Assembly (NCBI GenBank): GCA_965649825.1
Contig: OZ287698.1
Span: 883,949-947,948 of the forward strand
DNA from: Penicillus capitatus
Lineage: Eukaryota; Plantae; Chlorophyta
DNA: 64,000 nt
Direction: 5' to 3'
Shown: positions 49,001 through 61,705 of the stretch, piece by piece
How the letters are laid out: each line of letters begins with the position of its first letter
Numbering within the stretch: position 1 is the stretch's first letter
Notes under the pieces: generated by a model
Told to the model about the DNA's origin: nothing
Seen by the model: only the letters and a program-made list of their open reading frames with translations
Database searches by the model: none
Program-made: the position numbers and the translations under genes

Positions 49001-49800
49001 AAAAGATCATCCGTCATATCCATGCTTTCTATAATCGCATCGTCAGAAATGAACCGATCGATGTGGAACGATTCCTGCGCTGCGCCATGGACCTTGCTCA
49101 GGATAACGGAGACTTATCCGAGAGGCTCTGGATGGAGATGCTCGTCCTCTTATCCGCGGCGTTACCCAAGAATGACTTCAACGAACGTCCCACATCAAAC
49201 ACGCTTCAATTGTCGCCTGTTCCCAATAGAGAGATCCCCTTCCCAGTCGTGCGAGAATACCTGACTCTGCGAAAGAGAGCTGTCTCTGGACTGCTCGCCA
49301 TGATCGAGGTCTACATCAAGAACCATGTGTCGCATGTGGATGCGCTGGACAACGTGGTGGACAAGACAGAAGATCTGCCTCCGATGCTCAAATCCGTGCT
49401 CGATCCACCGCAGCTGCCGGTCTTTTCTTGTCTGCTGGACCATCTGCGCATTATCCTTCCTCTTCTCGAAGAGCATGAAGTGTGACATCGCAGCCATTGA
49501 GTGAGATTCTGATGGTGTTTACAGGTGATGCGATTGGTAGAGCTGCTCTGTGTGATGTTCCCCACATCGCCTCAACTGGCTGAGTTCTTGATCGATGCCA
49601 TTGTGTTTGTGCCAAGCTGCAGCCGCAGCTGTCTGCGCTACCTTGTCACCCAACTGTTGCATTCGATCCCCACCGCAGGGTTCGATGTGTGGGTACGAGC
49701 GATCGACATTGGCTACGAACATGGTTCTTCCCTCGGCCGCGAACTCTCCTCCTTTGCCAAACATACTTACCCAGACTGGAAGTTTCGCGCACGTTTGTGA
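46079..49800 (+). CDS. ZFC3H1/Red1-like protein (zf-C3H1 finger plus helical HAT/TPR-like region), multi-exon; start uncertain
   Basis: YSPTWENKIDMRWPLCEREIKTEMCSKRRCPAQHKRDY matches the C3H1 finger of ZFC3H1/Red1. Downstream exons are helical (LWQLYLALF). Confidence 0.65.
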
Positions 49801-49965
49801 ACGCTTCTGAAAATCGCTCCTTTAAAAAGCTCACAGTGCTCAAGTAACAGCGTCCGTGATATAAATGATGTTCATGACCGTGCGCGTACTGTCGACAGTG
49901 ATGACATCCATGTCTTATTCTCAGTTGATTTGCGCTTAATCCGTATGAAATGACAGTTTCTGGCT

Positions 49966-52900
49966 CTACACTGGGGCACTGCTTCCAGCTCCAGCATACA
50001 TGGGCGCATTATCCTTCGTTTCCTTTGTTGTTTCTTGTTGACTGTCTGGCCAATCGCTCAACGAGATCTCCTGAGCGACCATCGCAGCCCTCTGAGTCTT
50101 CCGCTTTTTGATCAGCCTGGCCACAAGCACCACGACGAGGGCAAAGCACACGGCTGCAATGGTTGCCAGTATAGGGACAAGGATGTTAGATGAGGAGCTC
50201 GATGTTGCAGACGTAATAGATGGCGAGGCTTGTGTGGACAAGCGGTCCGATAGACTGCGCACAGCTGTGCTTTCTTCGTTCCTTTCTTCGAGATCTGTGG
50301 CAATGAGGCTTTCAGGCGCCGTCGATGCCTCTGTCTCCACTTCCTCTTCCAAGTCTGTAGCAGTAATGCTGGCAGGTGCCTCCGCCCCATTGCAATCCAG
50401 ATCTTGAATGTAGAAGGACTCACTAGGTAACGGACATTCATAACCAAATCTGTTTCCCTGCACACAGGAGACAAAGAGAATGGAGTGCCCGAGTTATGAT
50501 TCGCTTGCTTTTAGGAAGAATTGACGATCGACGTCTGAATTTTCTGAAGCATACAAGAACTTGGGAATCTTCCCAGAAAGCTCGTTGTTCGACAAGTCCA
50601 TCGTCTACGCCGTGGCCACGAGATCACATCAATCTGCGAGAAATCTTTGAGTGTACCGTGGGTTCGGTTGAGGTGACCAGGGCTATCTTTGCCCAGGTCT
50701 TCGGGATGTTTCCAGTAAATGCGTTGCTCGAGAGATTAAGAGTGTGGACGTATCGAAAGTTGTTGTCTTCGGACGGCAACTCCCCGCTGATGGACACAAC
50801 ATTCCTTTAGCAACAGCGACATACAACGCTGCTTACGTCATCTTATTCCCAGACAAGTCTAGTCGCCGAAGGCTGATATGTCTGGCCAGTTTCGGAGGAA
50901 ACTCTCCCTGAACCAACAATCGCAATGGCGAAGATGCAAGCAGATGTGAACTTGCCTCAATCTGGTTATGCGCAGCATAGAAATTGATGATGCCTCTGGG
51001 CACTGTCGGACTATCGTACCATGCCTCATCAAATCTGCTGAAGCTGTTAGACGTCAGATTCACTCGGAGATAGTAAGGATAGAGTGGATTGTGGGGGTTA
51101 AGCATCCAGCCCGGTATCTCTCCCTCCAACTGGTTATCGTCCAGACGGAGAGAGCGCAGAAGGCCAATAGTGCTCCATTCGTTCGGAATGGTGCCATTCA
51201 GCGCATTGGACTGAAAGTAAAGGACATGCAGAAGGGGTAACTTGCCGAGACTTGCAGGAAGAGGGCCACTCAAAGCATTGTTTTCCAGAAACAACTCCAA
51301 AAGAAGCGGCAAATCACCGAGATCCGACGGGATCGGACCCGAAAAATTGTTGTGACTCAAATCGAGCACAATGAGATTGGAAACATTGCCAACACTGGGC
51401 GAGATGGGTCCAGACAGACTGTTATTGCGCAAAACGATCATTTCCAGATTACTCGCCGTGGAGAAAAAGTCGTCGGGGAGATCTCCCGTCAATCGATTGT
51501 GGCTGACATTCAGACCCTTGAGGCCTCTGCCAGCCACCAGATCCTCCGAGATGGAGCCCGTCAACCGATTCTCTGCCAGGTCAATGAACTGTAGATGTTG
51601 CGAATTGTTGAAGCCTTTCGGAATGCCTCCACTCAACTGATTGGCTGATAGGTCCAGAATTTGCAGATTGCGAAAGTCCGCCCAACTCTCCGGTATTGTG
51701 CCTTTAATGACCAAGACCTATGGTCACTGAAAGGGGAACAGCAATGGCCTACCTGTGAACGCATTGTCCGCCAGGAAGAGATCGAGCAACCTGGAGTCCT
51801 CGAATGTCACATTCGGAAGCTCTCCACTTAGTCGATTGCCATCTGGAAGGCAGGAATGTCGTGGACAGGCGAGTCAGATTCAAATAGGTACAGAGATTGA
51901 TCCCTCTGAACTTCGATCCGGCGTCCAGAAGACAGTGAGGAAGTGGTCCAGTGATGCCGCAGTCCACGAGATTGAGCTGAAGAAGAGATCCCTGTCGTGC
52001 AATCTCGCACACTGGCGCATCTCGATCCGTTGCATCTTCAGCGAGATCTCCAGTAAAGGACGCGCCCCAAATCTCAATCTGCTGCAAGCTCTTGAATCCG
52101 AGCACGTCCTCCAAGACGTCATCCAGTCGACCCTGACTCAACGATATCCCAAGGCGAAGAGATCGGGAAAGGGTTCAGTCAGACCTTCAATTGATTGCCT
52201 TTCAAGTGGAGTTTCTCCAATCGTCGAAATTTCGCCAGCTCTTGACCAGGAAACACACAACTCATGTTCTGGTCGTTCAAATCCAATCGAATGAGATGTC
52301 CTACAGAACAATGCGAGACACATGCGAGGTCAAACGCGACCAAAGGCGAGTACCGTCATCGCAATAGTTGCCAACGTAATGGCAGAAATCTGTGGCCTCT
52401 GTGTTGTCCTGTTCGATGTGTTCCTTCCATTTCTTACAACGCTCCTCTTCTTGACAACACCTGAAATGTCACGCAAGTCATCATCTGGGGTTGGACAGGA
52501 GATGTGATTGCTCACTCTTGGAATATGTTGTCCAGAGCGTTCTGTTCTCTCTTTACCAAATTTCGTGTTGCGTACGAATACTCGATCTCCAAGGAGACAC
52601 TGGCAGAGACTCCTACTGCTTCGACCAACTATGTGTGCAAAGGTGTGAACCAGTCAGTCTCTTCAACAGGACAGGAATGTCCTACGGTGCACGTAATGAA
52701 AGCCACCAACGTCTCATTTAGTCTCCTGCTGACACGTGTGTATTCTGGATCATGCTTCGAGATAAACACGTAATCATTGCCGTGTCGATGATCTGCGTAC
52801 GATTGTCAGCCATTTCACCGGGATTCAGAACAGACCTGATTTCCATTTGTAATCGTAATCGAGAGGCACTGAGCCAGTTGTCCCTGGGTATAGAAACCCC

Positions 52901-53266
52901 GGTCGGCAGAAGATGTCCACATCTGACGCAGGCAACACCAAGTCTACTGTCAAAAGTACGTCTGGAAAAGTGTCCCCTCTTGCTGGGACGACCAGTTGTC
53001 GCGCCCATTTTCCGAACTGATGTGACACGACATGCACATATTTCACTCAAAAGCGAGAAATGGGATGCTCTTGCCGATGGCATTGAGATGACTATGCCGT
53101 ATCCTTCTGAAGATGGAAGCACAGATGCGTCAGGTGGCGACGGACCGACGATCTCAGATTCCTCGTCAATTGCCGGAGCACTTTCAGGAGATTCCGCCTG
53201 ACCCTCAGCCCATGGAACTGAGACAAGCAGCACACAGAGCAACAGGGGATTCCAGAGATCGTGCAT
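49966..53266 (-). CDS. LRR receptor-like protein (signal peptide, plant-type LRRs, single TM, short tail, no kinase)
   Basis: MHDLWNPLLLCVLLVSVPWAEG leader. More than 12 LxxLxLxxNxLxGxIP repeats. TM ILVPILATIAAVCFALVVVLVARLIKKRK. Only ~170 bp separate its end from the convergent ZFC3H1-like gene. Confidence 0.85.
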
Positions 53267-53589
53267 TTTAAAGCCGCGACCCATGTGCGTTCGCGCAACT
53301 CTTCCTTCGGTGTCAAGAGGTCAGTAGGTTGCTACGATTCCAAGCGGTGTAATAGACACACAAGGTTTGATGCGGTCTATCTCGTTGTTAACCAACGGAC
53401 AGCGACGCGTTGTACGGCGAGTCACTTAAACGCAATGACACATTTCTTCAGCCAAACAGATGGTCGTCGATCACTGTGTCATGAAGTTCGATCGATCGTC
53501 GTGTTTCGACGGACACATTGACCAGCACGCATAAACCATCAAAACTCGATAGATTTTATCCGCTGGAGTCTCTCGCACGCAGCCTCTAC

Positions 53590-53985
53590 GCGAGTCTGAC
53601 GGGCGAGTTGGATATCCTTTGGCATGATGATCACACGTTTGGTGTGAATTGCGCAGTGGTCGGTGTTCTCGAACAGTCCAACCAGATAGGATTCGACAGC
53701 TTCTTGCGAGGCCATTACTGCCGACGCTTGCAAGCGCAGATCGGATTTGTACTCTGGTGTATGCTCGGAACGAGGTGTTGAAAGGTAGCTTGCGAATGAG
53801 CAGCTCCGTTGGCCTCGGGTACTTGCGGATCCGGCGCAGCGCGATGGTCCCTGCGCAGCATCGTTGCGGTTTCTTTACTTCACCCGCAGCTAGCGCCGAC
53901 TTCCTTACCGCCTTGATTGCACTGTTTGCTTTCTGGGTGCTTTGCCTCTAGTCGACTTTCGCGATAAAATCTCGTTTTCGATTTA
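53590..53985 (-). pseudogene. H3: Histone H3 pseudogene
   Basis: [10 protein letters not shown] / KAVRKSA...[21 protein letters not shown] / [53 protein letters not shown], in three frames with many substitutions. Confidence 0.9.
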
Positions 53986-54356
53986 CTCCGACGCCGCCGA
54001 TGCTAAGCTAATAGACGCGAGTAAATGCAAAAACTACAGGCGCGTCGACACACGTCGATTAATACTCGCATCGCATCGAGCCCGACACGAACTCGATCCT
54101 GTCCGATTCTCCGGGTATTTATTGACGCGTGTCGACGTACTTGCAGTGTTTGCATTTACTCAAAAGTGGCTGTGTCGGAGATTAAATCCACACACCACCG
54201 TAGGCAACCATCGCGACTGTTGTGCGTCACAATAACCATCCAGGCGCTTCCTAACCATGGAGAGCGACCAATGGATGGGTTTCTTTGCAACTGCCTCATA
54301 ACAGTAGGGAGGTGGTTGTCCGGTGCATAGACAAGTTCGCAGTTGTTAGAAGTAAA

Positions 54357-54480
54357 GGTTAGGAATCCGTAACCACCTGTGTATTTAAGGGCGACCTTTC
54401 CTCTGTTATTATTCTTGAGGTTAGGAATCCGTAACCACCTGTGTATTTAAGGGCGACCTTTCCTCTGTGATTATTCTCGA
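54357..54480. repeat. 62-bp tandem duplication with a TATA-like TATTTAAG
   Basis: ggttaggaatccgtaaccacctgtgtatttaagggcgacctttcctctgt.attattct.ga occurs twice, with 2 differences. Confidence 0.9.
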
Positions 54481-55719
54481 GTTTCCGTTGCTATCGTCCG
54501 AGCGTTCGTTTGCGTCGTCGTTGCGTGCCGTTTCGACTCTGAGTTGTACCAAGTGTTTACATCGATCCCGATATGCTGTTTGTTAACACCGACAGAAATT
54601 CAACAACAATGCACAGAATTACGAACAACAGAATCACACGACTCGAAAGAGCAATGCTAAACCGTCCATTCGACAGAGTTTCTAGAAGAAGTAGAGATAA
54701 ATGAGGGAGAAGAGGAGAAAGGTAAACGACACAGATTGAGTGGGACTAACGCGGAGACAAAGTAATTGTGGCTTCAGCATTGCAAAATGGAAAATCTCTG
54801 CTTGCCAAGTGGCGCTAGATGCTGACTGTCATGCTCTCGCGTGGAAGTCGCATCAGCTGCCTCGTTTCTTCGGGATTCTGTGTTTGAAGAGGCACTCAAC
54901 GTCTTGTCAGGAGCACGATCCTATGGCCCTGAGCGTTGAATGATTCAACTTACCTGTGAAGTCTTGTCACATTCTGCATACTAATGGGCGCATCAGAATA
55001 ACAAACAACCTTGCTCTATAAGCCGAAAGCCTTCCGCTGTGTTTGATATCTTTAGAGCAGCCGTTCTCCGCGTGACACTGTCGATGATGTACTCACTCAC
55101 TTATTAAAGATGCTTCTTGTGTGCTTGTAAACTGCCGCATCTTTCTGTGCAATATAACAAATCGAGGCATGTTTATCTGTGACATGAACAACGGGTATGA
55201 CGTAAATGGACACAGAACAGTTCCAACAAGCAAAAACCGAAAAGTGTATATCGCAGCTAGATGGATCCTTACCGATTCGTGCCTCTTCCTCAACCGATTG
55301 TTCAGCTGGACCTGGCGTTTCCTTGTTTCCGAAATCCCCGACCGCTAGATCGGCACTGACGTCCTCCGAGCTATCGATGGGCGATCGAACAAATGGACGA
55401 CGCCAAAGGTGTGCGATCGAACATCGCGAGATCGATCGATCGATCGGATATCGATAGGCGATCGAACAAATGGACGACGCTAAAGAAGGGTCACAGAGGT
55501 TTAGGTGGGTTTTTATACTTTCGGATAGGCTATGGTGGACATATCATTTAAAGAGTCAGATTCGGATCGGATCGGAAAGTTTGTTTTGGGAGCCTTAGGC
55601 ATTAAGCACTATGTTTCTCTTTATTGGAGCCTCGATTGTGTTCGATCTTACGGCAACAGTTATCGATAAACACACATCGTTTAATCGAAACCGTGTTCCT
55701 TAAAATCAGACCGACGGAA

Positions 55720-56625
55720 TCTGTTTCTGGAAGAAAAACGTAAAAACTGCCGATGATCTAACCGACGACGACGGTGTCGTATCGTAGGTAATGGCAGCGA
55801 AGTAAACTGCCTCTTTCATCATCGCTCACACACCTGCAGTCCTTTTCTCTGAACTGTCACTGAAGCAAAAGGTGTGACCGAATGACGGTTGCTTTGGAGG
55901 TAAACAGAGGGCCGTTCTTGAGATAATTCGATCGATCTAGGGCCATGATATAATGCCGCCGCTGTAGCAAACAGAACTCTGAGCTACGATACTGTGAGAG
56001 ACTGGAGAGACTTGAGTAAAGAGCATGCGAATGAGTTTGTCCAATCCGCCGACAACGAAGTATCCGCCGAAGTCATTGGCTTCCTCTCCTCTTTGATAGA
56101 GCTCATCTTTTGATTTACCGTGCAGATGACACAACGCACTCTGTAACATAATCGGCCAATTGCCTAGTCTGCCAGAGAGCAAGCGATGCACTCAGTAGGG
56201 AGATCCATGGCGCCGTGGTTCACCTACCCAACCGTCACACGAATGCGATTGATCACCACATCCACGTGCAACGGCGCCGCATAAGTGAGTTTCTGTGAAG
56301 CAGGAAGAGTGATTAGTGGATGAGAGGGTTGACAGAGGAGATCGACCATTTCACGACACTCTCGGGGATAGATCGCACCACCATCTTTCGCCAAGGGATG
56401 TATCGGTTTCCCGAAAACGGGATTCGAAATGGTCATCCGATAGATCTTCTCCGTCACGGGATGCTGAACCTGAGTCCCAGTGTCCGAATGTCCATTCTCT
56501 GAGGTCGGTTGGGTGATCGAACCTCGACCGGTTTCACACTTTTGACGACGCACGTCAGAAGTCCTCTGACGAAATAATCAAACGACGCGATGGCTCGGCG
56601 AGCCGCGGCGTGTACAATGACGATT
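55720..56625 (-). pseudogene. RPA2: RNA polymerase I second-largest subunit (RPA2) 5' fragment, multi-exon, truncated
   Basis: IASFDYFVRGLL..VKPVE, IYPRECRE|LTYAAPLHVDV, PIMLQSALCHL..ELYQRGEEANDFGGYFVVGGLDKLIRML, RRHYIMALDRSNYLKNGP and RCVSDD...HYL, then an in-frame TAG. The remaining ~900 aa are absent. Confidence 0.8.
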
Positions 56626-56723
56626 GTCATCCGCGACCCAGACGTGACGTGCCATTTCTCCATACCCCTCGTTGCGTTTCACGGTTTAAGCGATTTTTGA
56701 CTCCCTCTTTTTCTTGTTGAAAA

Positions 56724-57251
56724 ATGCTGAAAAGAATTGGGCGTCGTTTCTACGCTGCTAAATATGTCTATTCGATTCATCTCCACAGAGTCAGCCCATG
56801 GTTTATGCATGAAAAGCCAGCACGAGTTACATGGAAACGCGGTTCCAAGAAGCACAAGAAAGGTCATACGAAGCCACGCATGCCTGTGCGTACGCCGGGT
56901 GCACACATAAACAATGGCTCCCTCGAAATTGAAGAGAATTTCGAGCTCGGTGTTACGCTCTACGCCGTAGACAACCGCCATCCTCAAAGCGCACAAACTA
57001 ACAAGGCGACACGTGTCTCTTCATTAGGAAAGCAACAAAACGAAGAAAACAGGACCTTATGGCACAAAGGAGCTCAGGCTCGTCATCACGGAAGTCGGCG
57101 ATGACGGAGACCTCTACTCGATTCTTGGAAACTTGACCATTAACCTTAATGAGTATGTGGGTTTGACAAACCACAAGTTGCGTGTACCGGTAGAGTGCGA
57201 TTCGGAAATCATTGAAGCTGTGGGTCGACCGCACTTTGAAATCAGCATCAG
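56724..57251 (+). pseudogene. NT-C2 (EEIG1/EHBP1-N type) domain gene, 5' part cut off by the duplication breakpoint
   Basis: VTWKRGSKK...NGSLEIEENFELGVTLY|ESNKTKKTGPYGTKELRLVITE...ILGNLTINLNEYVG fits the NT-C2 pattern. Duplicated PAN sequence starts ~115 bp after the last donor site. Confidence 0.6.
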
Positions 57252-57365
57252 GTATCGTGCCGACGATGATCATGAGCAGCAGTACAGTTCTGATCGCCTT
57301 GTTAGGTCTTGGTACAGACAAGGGACAGGCGATACAAGCCAGAGCAGGGGCTACAGCCCCACTTA

Positions 57366-58139
57366 ACTGGCTCCAATTCGGATTTTGTACGAAGCTTGAA
57401 AGCACCAAGTGCTTATTCCCTGCTGCTCCATTTCGCATCTCTCGTTCTCTTCGTGTAATGTACGGCCAAAGCTACTCGGGAACGGACTGGTTCAGTATCC
57501 GTCGTAGTACGTTTTTGGCAGAGTCCATCGTTCTCCGCAGGAAACGACATCAAGAGCCGCCCGATCGTCGGGCTTAGAAGTGCGACTGCCTGTTGCAACA
57601 AATGCCAAAGACTTGACAACGTTTACTCTCGAGCATGACGACAGCATCTGCTGAAAAATGCTCGTTTGTCCTTCTTAGTGTGTTGCGTATATCTATCGTA
57701 CTGAGTACGATCACTGCTGGCCCAAGTATGGCGTGGGCGATCCGACTCCATGCGATACCTGTGTGGGAAGAAACGAGAGAGAAGAAGTCGGAGAAGATCG
57801 CATTGAGATGGTGTCGGCGACTAACTGTTACCTGATGTGTTTCTCATCTAGATCCCCGGGACGAATGCAATGCCGAGTGTGGCGCGATCAGAGAGGGTGT
57901 TGCGTTCAGCAGCCTCGTTGGCGCTACAGATCCATCGTTCTGCTGCGCGTTGTGCAACACGAACAGAGATAACGTCCAAGGGAGCGTGACGTCTCTCGTC
58001 GATTTCATCCGTGCGCCCAGACTGCCGTGGGTGGACGTGGAGACGCGACCTCCATACCTGCGATCTGAAGCACTCGCTGAGCGGGCACAAGGCGGACTGT
58101 CTTGCCTGTGTCTCCGGCAAAGGGTCAGAATCCCTGTAG
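57366..58139 (+). pseudogene. PAN gene copy C': lacks the signal-peptide exon and has a mutated splice acceptor
   Basis: Begins inside intron 1 of gene C. The acceptor gcAG|tgtgcgg has become gtAAtgtacgg. Confidence 0.65.
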
Positions 58140-59591
58140 GATGACGCCGTCCTGCACCGATTGATCTCTAGGGACGGTTTCGATGCTGCATGATCGGATT
58201 GGAGTCCAGCATGTGGAGGTCGATCATCGAGCATAACGAAATGCTACGGCAGAAAGAACATGTGCGATTGAATCCATCAGGCTTAGAGCAGATGCCTTCT
58301 TTTCATATAAGAGTTAGCATCTTGGCTGTGGCTTGCGAAGACGGTGGAGGGATATCTAACAGTTGTAACTGAACCGTTGCTCGTGTTGCGGGTACGCGAC
58401 ATTTAAACGACGGCATGCTTCTCGAAAACAGTCAGTGCCTCGACAACAGTACTTCAGCCAGACGATATTCGCCTACGTCGGACATATCTTTCGTACTGAT
58501 GATGCAGCACGGCACGGCACGGCAACGGTGAGGTTTACGACGAAAGGATGCCTTGTGTTCAGCGCCAAGCCTTTTGCGGTCCTCGCTGTCTTGCTGCTTG
58601 GGAAACACAGTTTGCGGGACAGGTCGCCTAGATTTCCGGTGAGCGGGTCTGCGAGACAGATCGTCGAACGACTTGTCGAAGAACGCAGGAACGCACGTCT
58701 CGGTGCCTTCCCTGTCGTCAAGCTAAGGGCAACTCTAAAGCATGCGTTTTTCCTGTCGACGGCGCGATTGTTTGTTTTCTTTGCTTGAATGGAGTTAAAT
58801 CTGTGGCTGGCACCAGCCGGCAACTTTACCCGCACTGTGTGGAGAGCGTCGTGACGGCGAAGATGCGAGTGCTGTGTGTTCCCTAGGTGCAAAGGACAGA
58901 GCTGCGCGCGTGCAACAACTGCGGTGTGGATGTGTGGTGATGCGGCTACAGAGGCGACATCCATCTGAGCCGTGGGGCAGCAACCCGAACGTTCACGATG
59001 TTTCCTAGCGGCATCCACAGCTGCTGCACGGTGCAGTCCGAACTAATGCGTGCTCCAACGAACGCTGCTCTGAGTGCAGGACCGGGGCAAAGCTCTGAAC
59101 TTGTCAGCACGATGGGCGTCATGCGGCTTTTGAACGTCGTTCTGGAACGCACTGCAAAAAAAACAAAGCCGAAGTGCCTGTGGCTGAAATACTTCTCGTC
59201 GCAGCACGAGAGCTTCGCGTTTCCAACGTTCTGTTGCTGCATGGAAGACGAAGTGCATCATGAAGTTCGTGAAATGACGTGCTGCTCTGGATGGGTTGTC
59301 GCTGCAGGGAAGCAAGATTCCATGGCCATCTGTGAAGTGATGACGAGGACAGAGACGCGAGGTGCTGCGATCAGCCAAAACGCATCCAAATCTTTCGCGG
59401 ATCGCTCCACGATAGCGTCGCGTCGCTGCAACGTAGCGATCATGTTCGCACGAAAGTTCACAACGACGGACTACATAAAGGAGTCACTGGTTGACAGCAC
59501 TCAGCAAACGTGCACCTTTGCGCAGCAGTTCTTTTTCGCCGTGTTGAACAGAACCACCAGTCGTTTCCCCGCAACGCTTTTGTGGCACAGC

Positions 59592-60187
59592 ATGCATTGC
59601 GCACTCGGAGTGGCACTGTTTCTGCTGTTCGCGGTTCTGTCTTCGACGTTCGCTGTCCGTGCTTTCCCGAATCGACTGCTTCGTAGGCAACCCAGGCACA
59701 CCCGATACATCGTCCCGTCGACAATGGAGGCTCTCTCAAATCACCACGTTGGAAATCCATGCACCCTTCCTGAATCGCTAAACGAATGCTGCAGCTGAAT
59801 TTGAAGTTCTCAAAAGAACCTACAGTTTCGGTCGCCGTGAACTCATACGAGTAAGTTCAATGCTGTGCTATATCCATTCATCCTGTATATCAACGACATC
59901 TGCATTGCTCATAGGCAAATCCACCACCATGCAATGCTGTCTTTGGCGAAGATCGACCTGGAGGCGATTTGACAGGACCCATCACGGGCGTTACACAACC
60001 TGAAGCATGTTGCAGAATTTGCCAGTCCAATCCTGGTCTGTTACCTTCCTCTGAAGTGCGATATGACTCGATTCTCTTTGCAGATTGCGTGGCATGGGTG
60101 TGGAGACGTGACTTCGCTCAGTGTTTCCTGAAAGCAGTGCTCACTAATGTTGCGCCATGTGCCGCCTGCGTACGCGGCGACATGTGA
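59592..60187 (+). pseudogene. PAN gene copy D': first PAN domain deleted
   Basis: The signal peptide MHCALGVALFLLFAVLSSTFA and the second PAN domain (CCRICQ..., DCVAWVWRRDFAQCFLK...CAACVRGDM*) remain. The GNDI...CKAYVYR exons are missing. Confidence 0.6.
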
Positions 60188-61705
60188 ATATCGTCGATTC
60201 TGCAAGCGCGTATGGTTTCTCTTGTCCTTTCACGAAACGTCCATGCTTGGTTTTACAGAATGGATGTTTCTCTGCAAGGGGGTACGCCTTTTTTCTTTGG
60301 GTGCGCACGGCGCCTGTCCTTCTGATGAAGGATTCACATAACCATTTCGGAAATCGACCACTGCGCTGGTCGTTCGGTCTGTCGGCGTTGAGAAAGGCGA
60401 AAGGGGCAGGACACTTTTTTGAATGCAACGCTTGTCTGTTTAAAGTTCGCCTTTGAGAACGATCGCATCCTTCGCACGTAGATCTTCTACTCTCCCCTCG
60501 ACACACGCCTGCACGACTCGCCAGTTTACTACTCGTTCGGGACTCGGCCATGTCGTTCATTCGCACCTGCGTCATGTTGAATCTTGGTCGGCTGCTTTCA
60601 CTTTCTGCTGCAAATTGCTTCAAACAGACGGAAAGACCGTTCGAGCAGATGTCCATCGAGAGAAGCGCGACAGTGAGATGCTCTCCGATGGATCAAGGCG
60701 CCGCAACGGCATCGTCCTTCTTTGATCATCTGTCGGCGCGCAGAATGTCGTCTGGTGTCCAGGAGTATTTCCGACGGTCCTTAACCGAGATTGCCCTCGA
60801 TGGCTCGCAGGACGCAGACCACTGATCCCATCAAGTATGTGTGTGCGTTCGCTTGCTACGCCTTCGGGCAATGTTGCAACGTACGACAATCAAGCAGCGA
60901 TCGATCCGTGAGAACACAGCAGTCCTGCGTTTCGGACATGAAGCTTGTTCGCAGCATCCAAGCTCAGTCGATGTCTTCTCGACTTTGACACTTTCTACGT
61001 AGCTGCCAGACGCAAAGGGGTCCTTGGAGAAGGATAGCAAAGCATGGAGAATGTCCTCTCCTGCTGGGCCAACGCGGCATGGCAGAGGAGGGAAGCGACA
61101 TCAACCGCCGTCGACACTCCTATTCGCCTCGACACATGTCGAACGCTCTAAACTGCAAAGATGCCGCCCAGCGCTACCTAACAGCAAGCATTAATCTCAA
61201 CCGCAAGAGGTGCCTCGACGCGCAACGTGATTGAACGAGACAGCCGTGACTGTCTTAGGTGTCAAGTGTCTATAGAGAAGCGATGGGTTTGGCTTGATAC
61301 CGTCTTCGTGGCAGTGTCGATGTTCTTGCCGCTGCAGTACATTAAGTAAGAGTGTATTATTGTAAGTGGTTAAGTACTTAAAACCTGTGAGTGCTTTAAC
61401 GATAGAGACAGATGTCATATTTTACGGCCGTTAGCGAACAGCAAACACCTTCTTCGGGAATTCCCTCCATCGCAACAAATCTCTAATGACCAGCCGTCCA
61501 ATAGCCAAACTCATATTGACGAGATGAACATTTGGATTGGGCCATCCTTCGTTTTCATCAATATGTCCAGTACTCACCACCAACTGCGATTCTTTGCACG
61601 CAGAAGACGAAGAAAAAACTTAATGAAGCCAGCCATAGGTTTCTCACTAGAACGCAGATGTGCATCTTTTATCCATAAGATCTTACAGATAATGAGGTCC
61701 ATCCA

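Larger units (their letters stand above)
57366..60930. repeat. Segmental duplication, copy 2 (of 15534-19390)
   Basis: Same evidence as copy 1. Confidence 0.9.

Noticed and set aside
56724-57104. Ribosomal protein L24 similarity (KKHKKG)
   Set aside because: The surrounding motifs and the next exon fit an NT-C2 domain much better.
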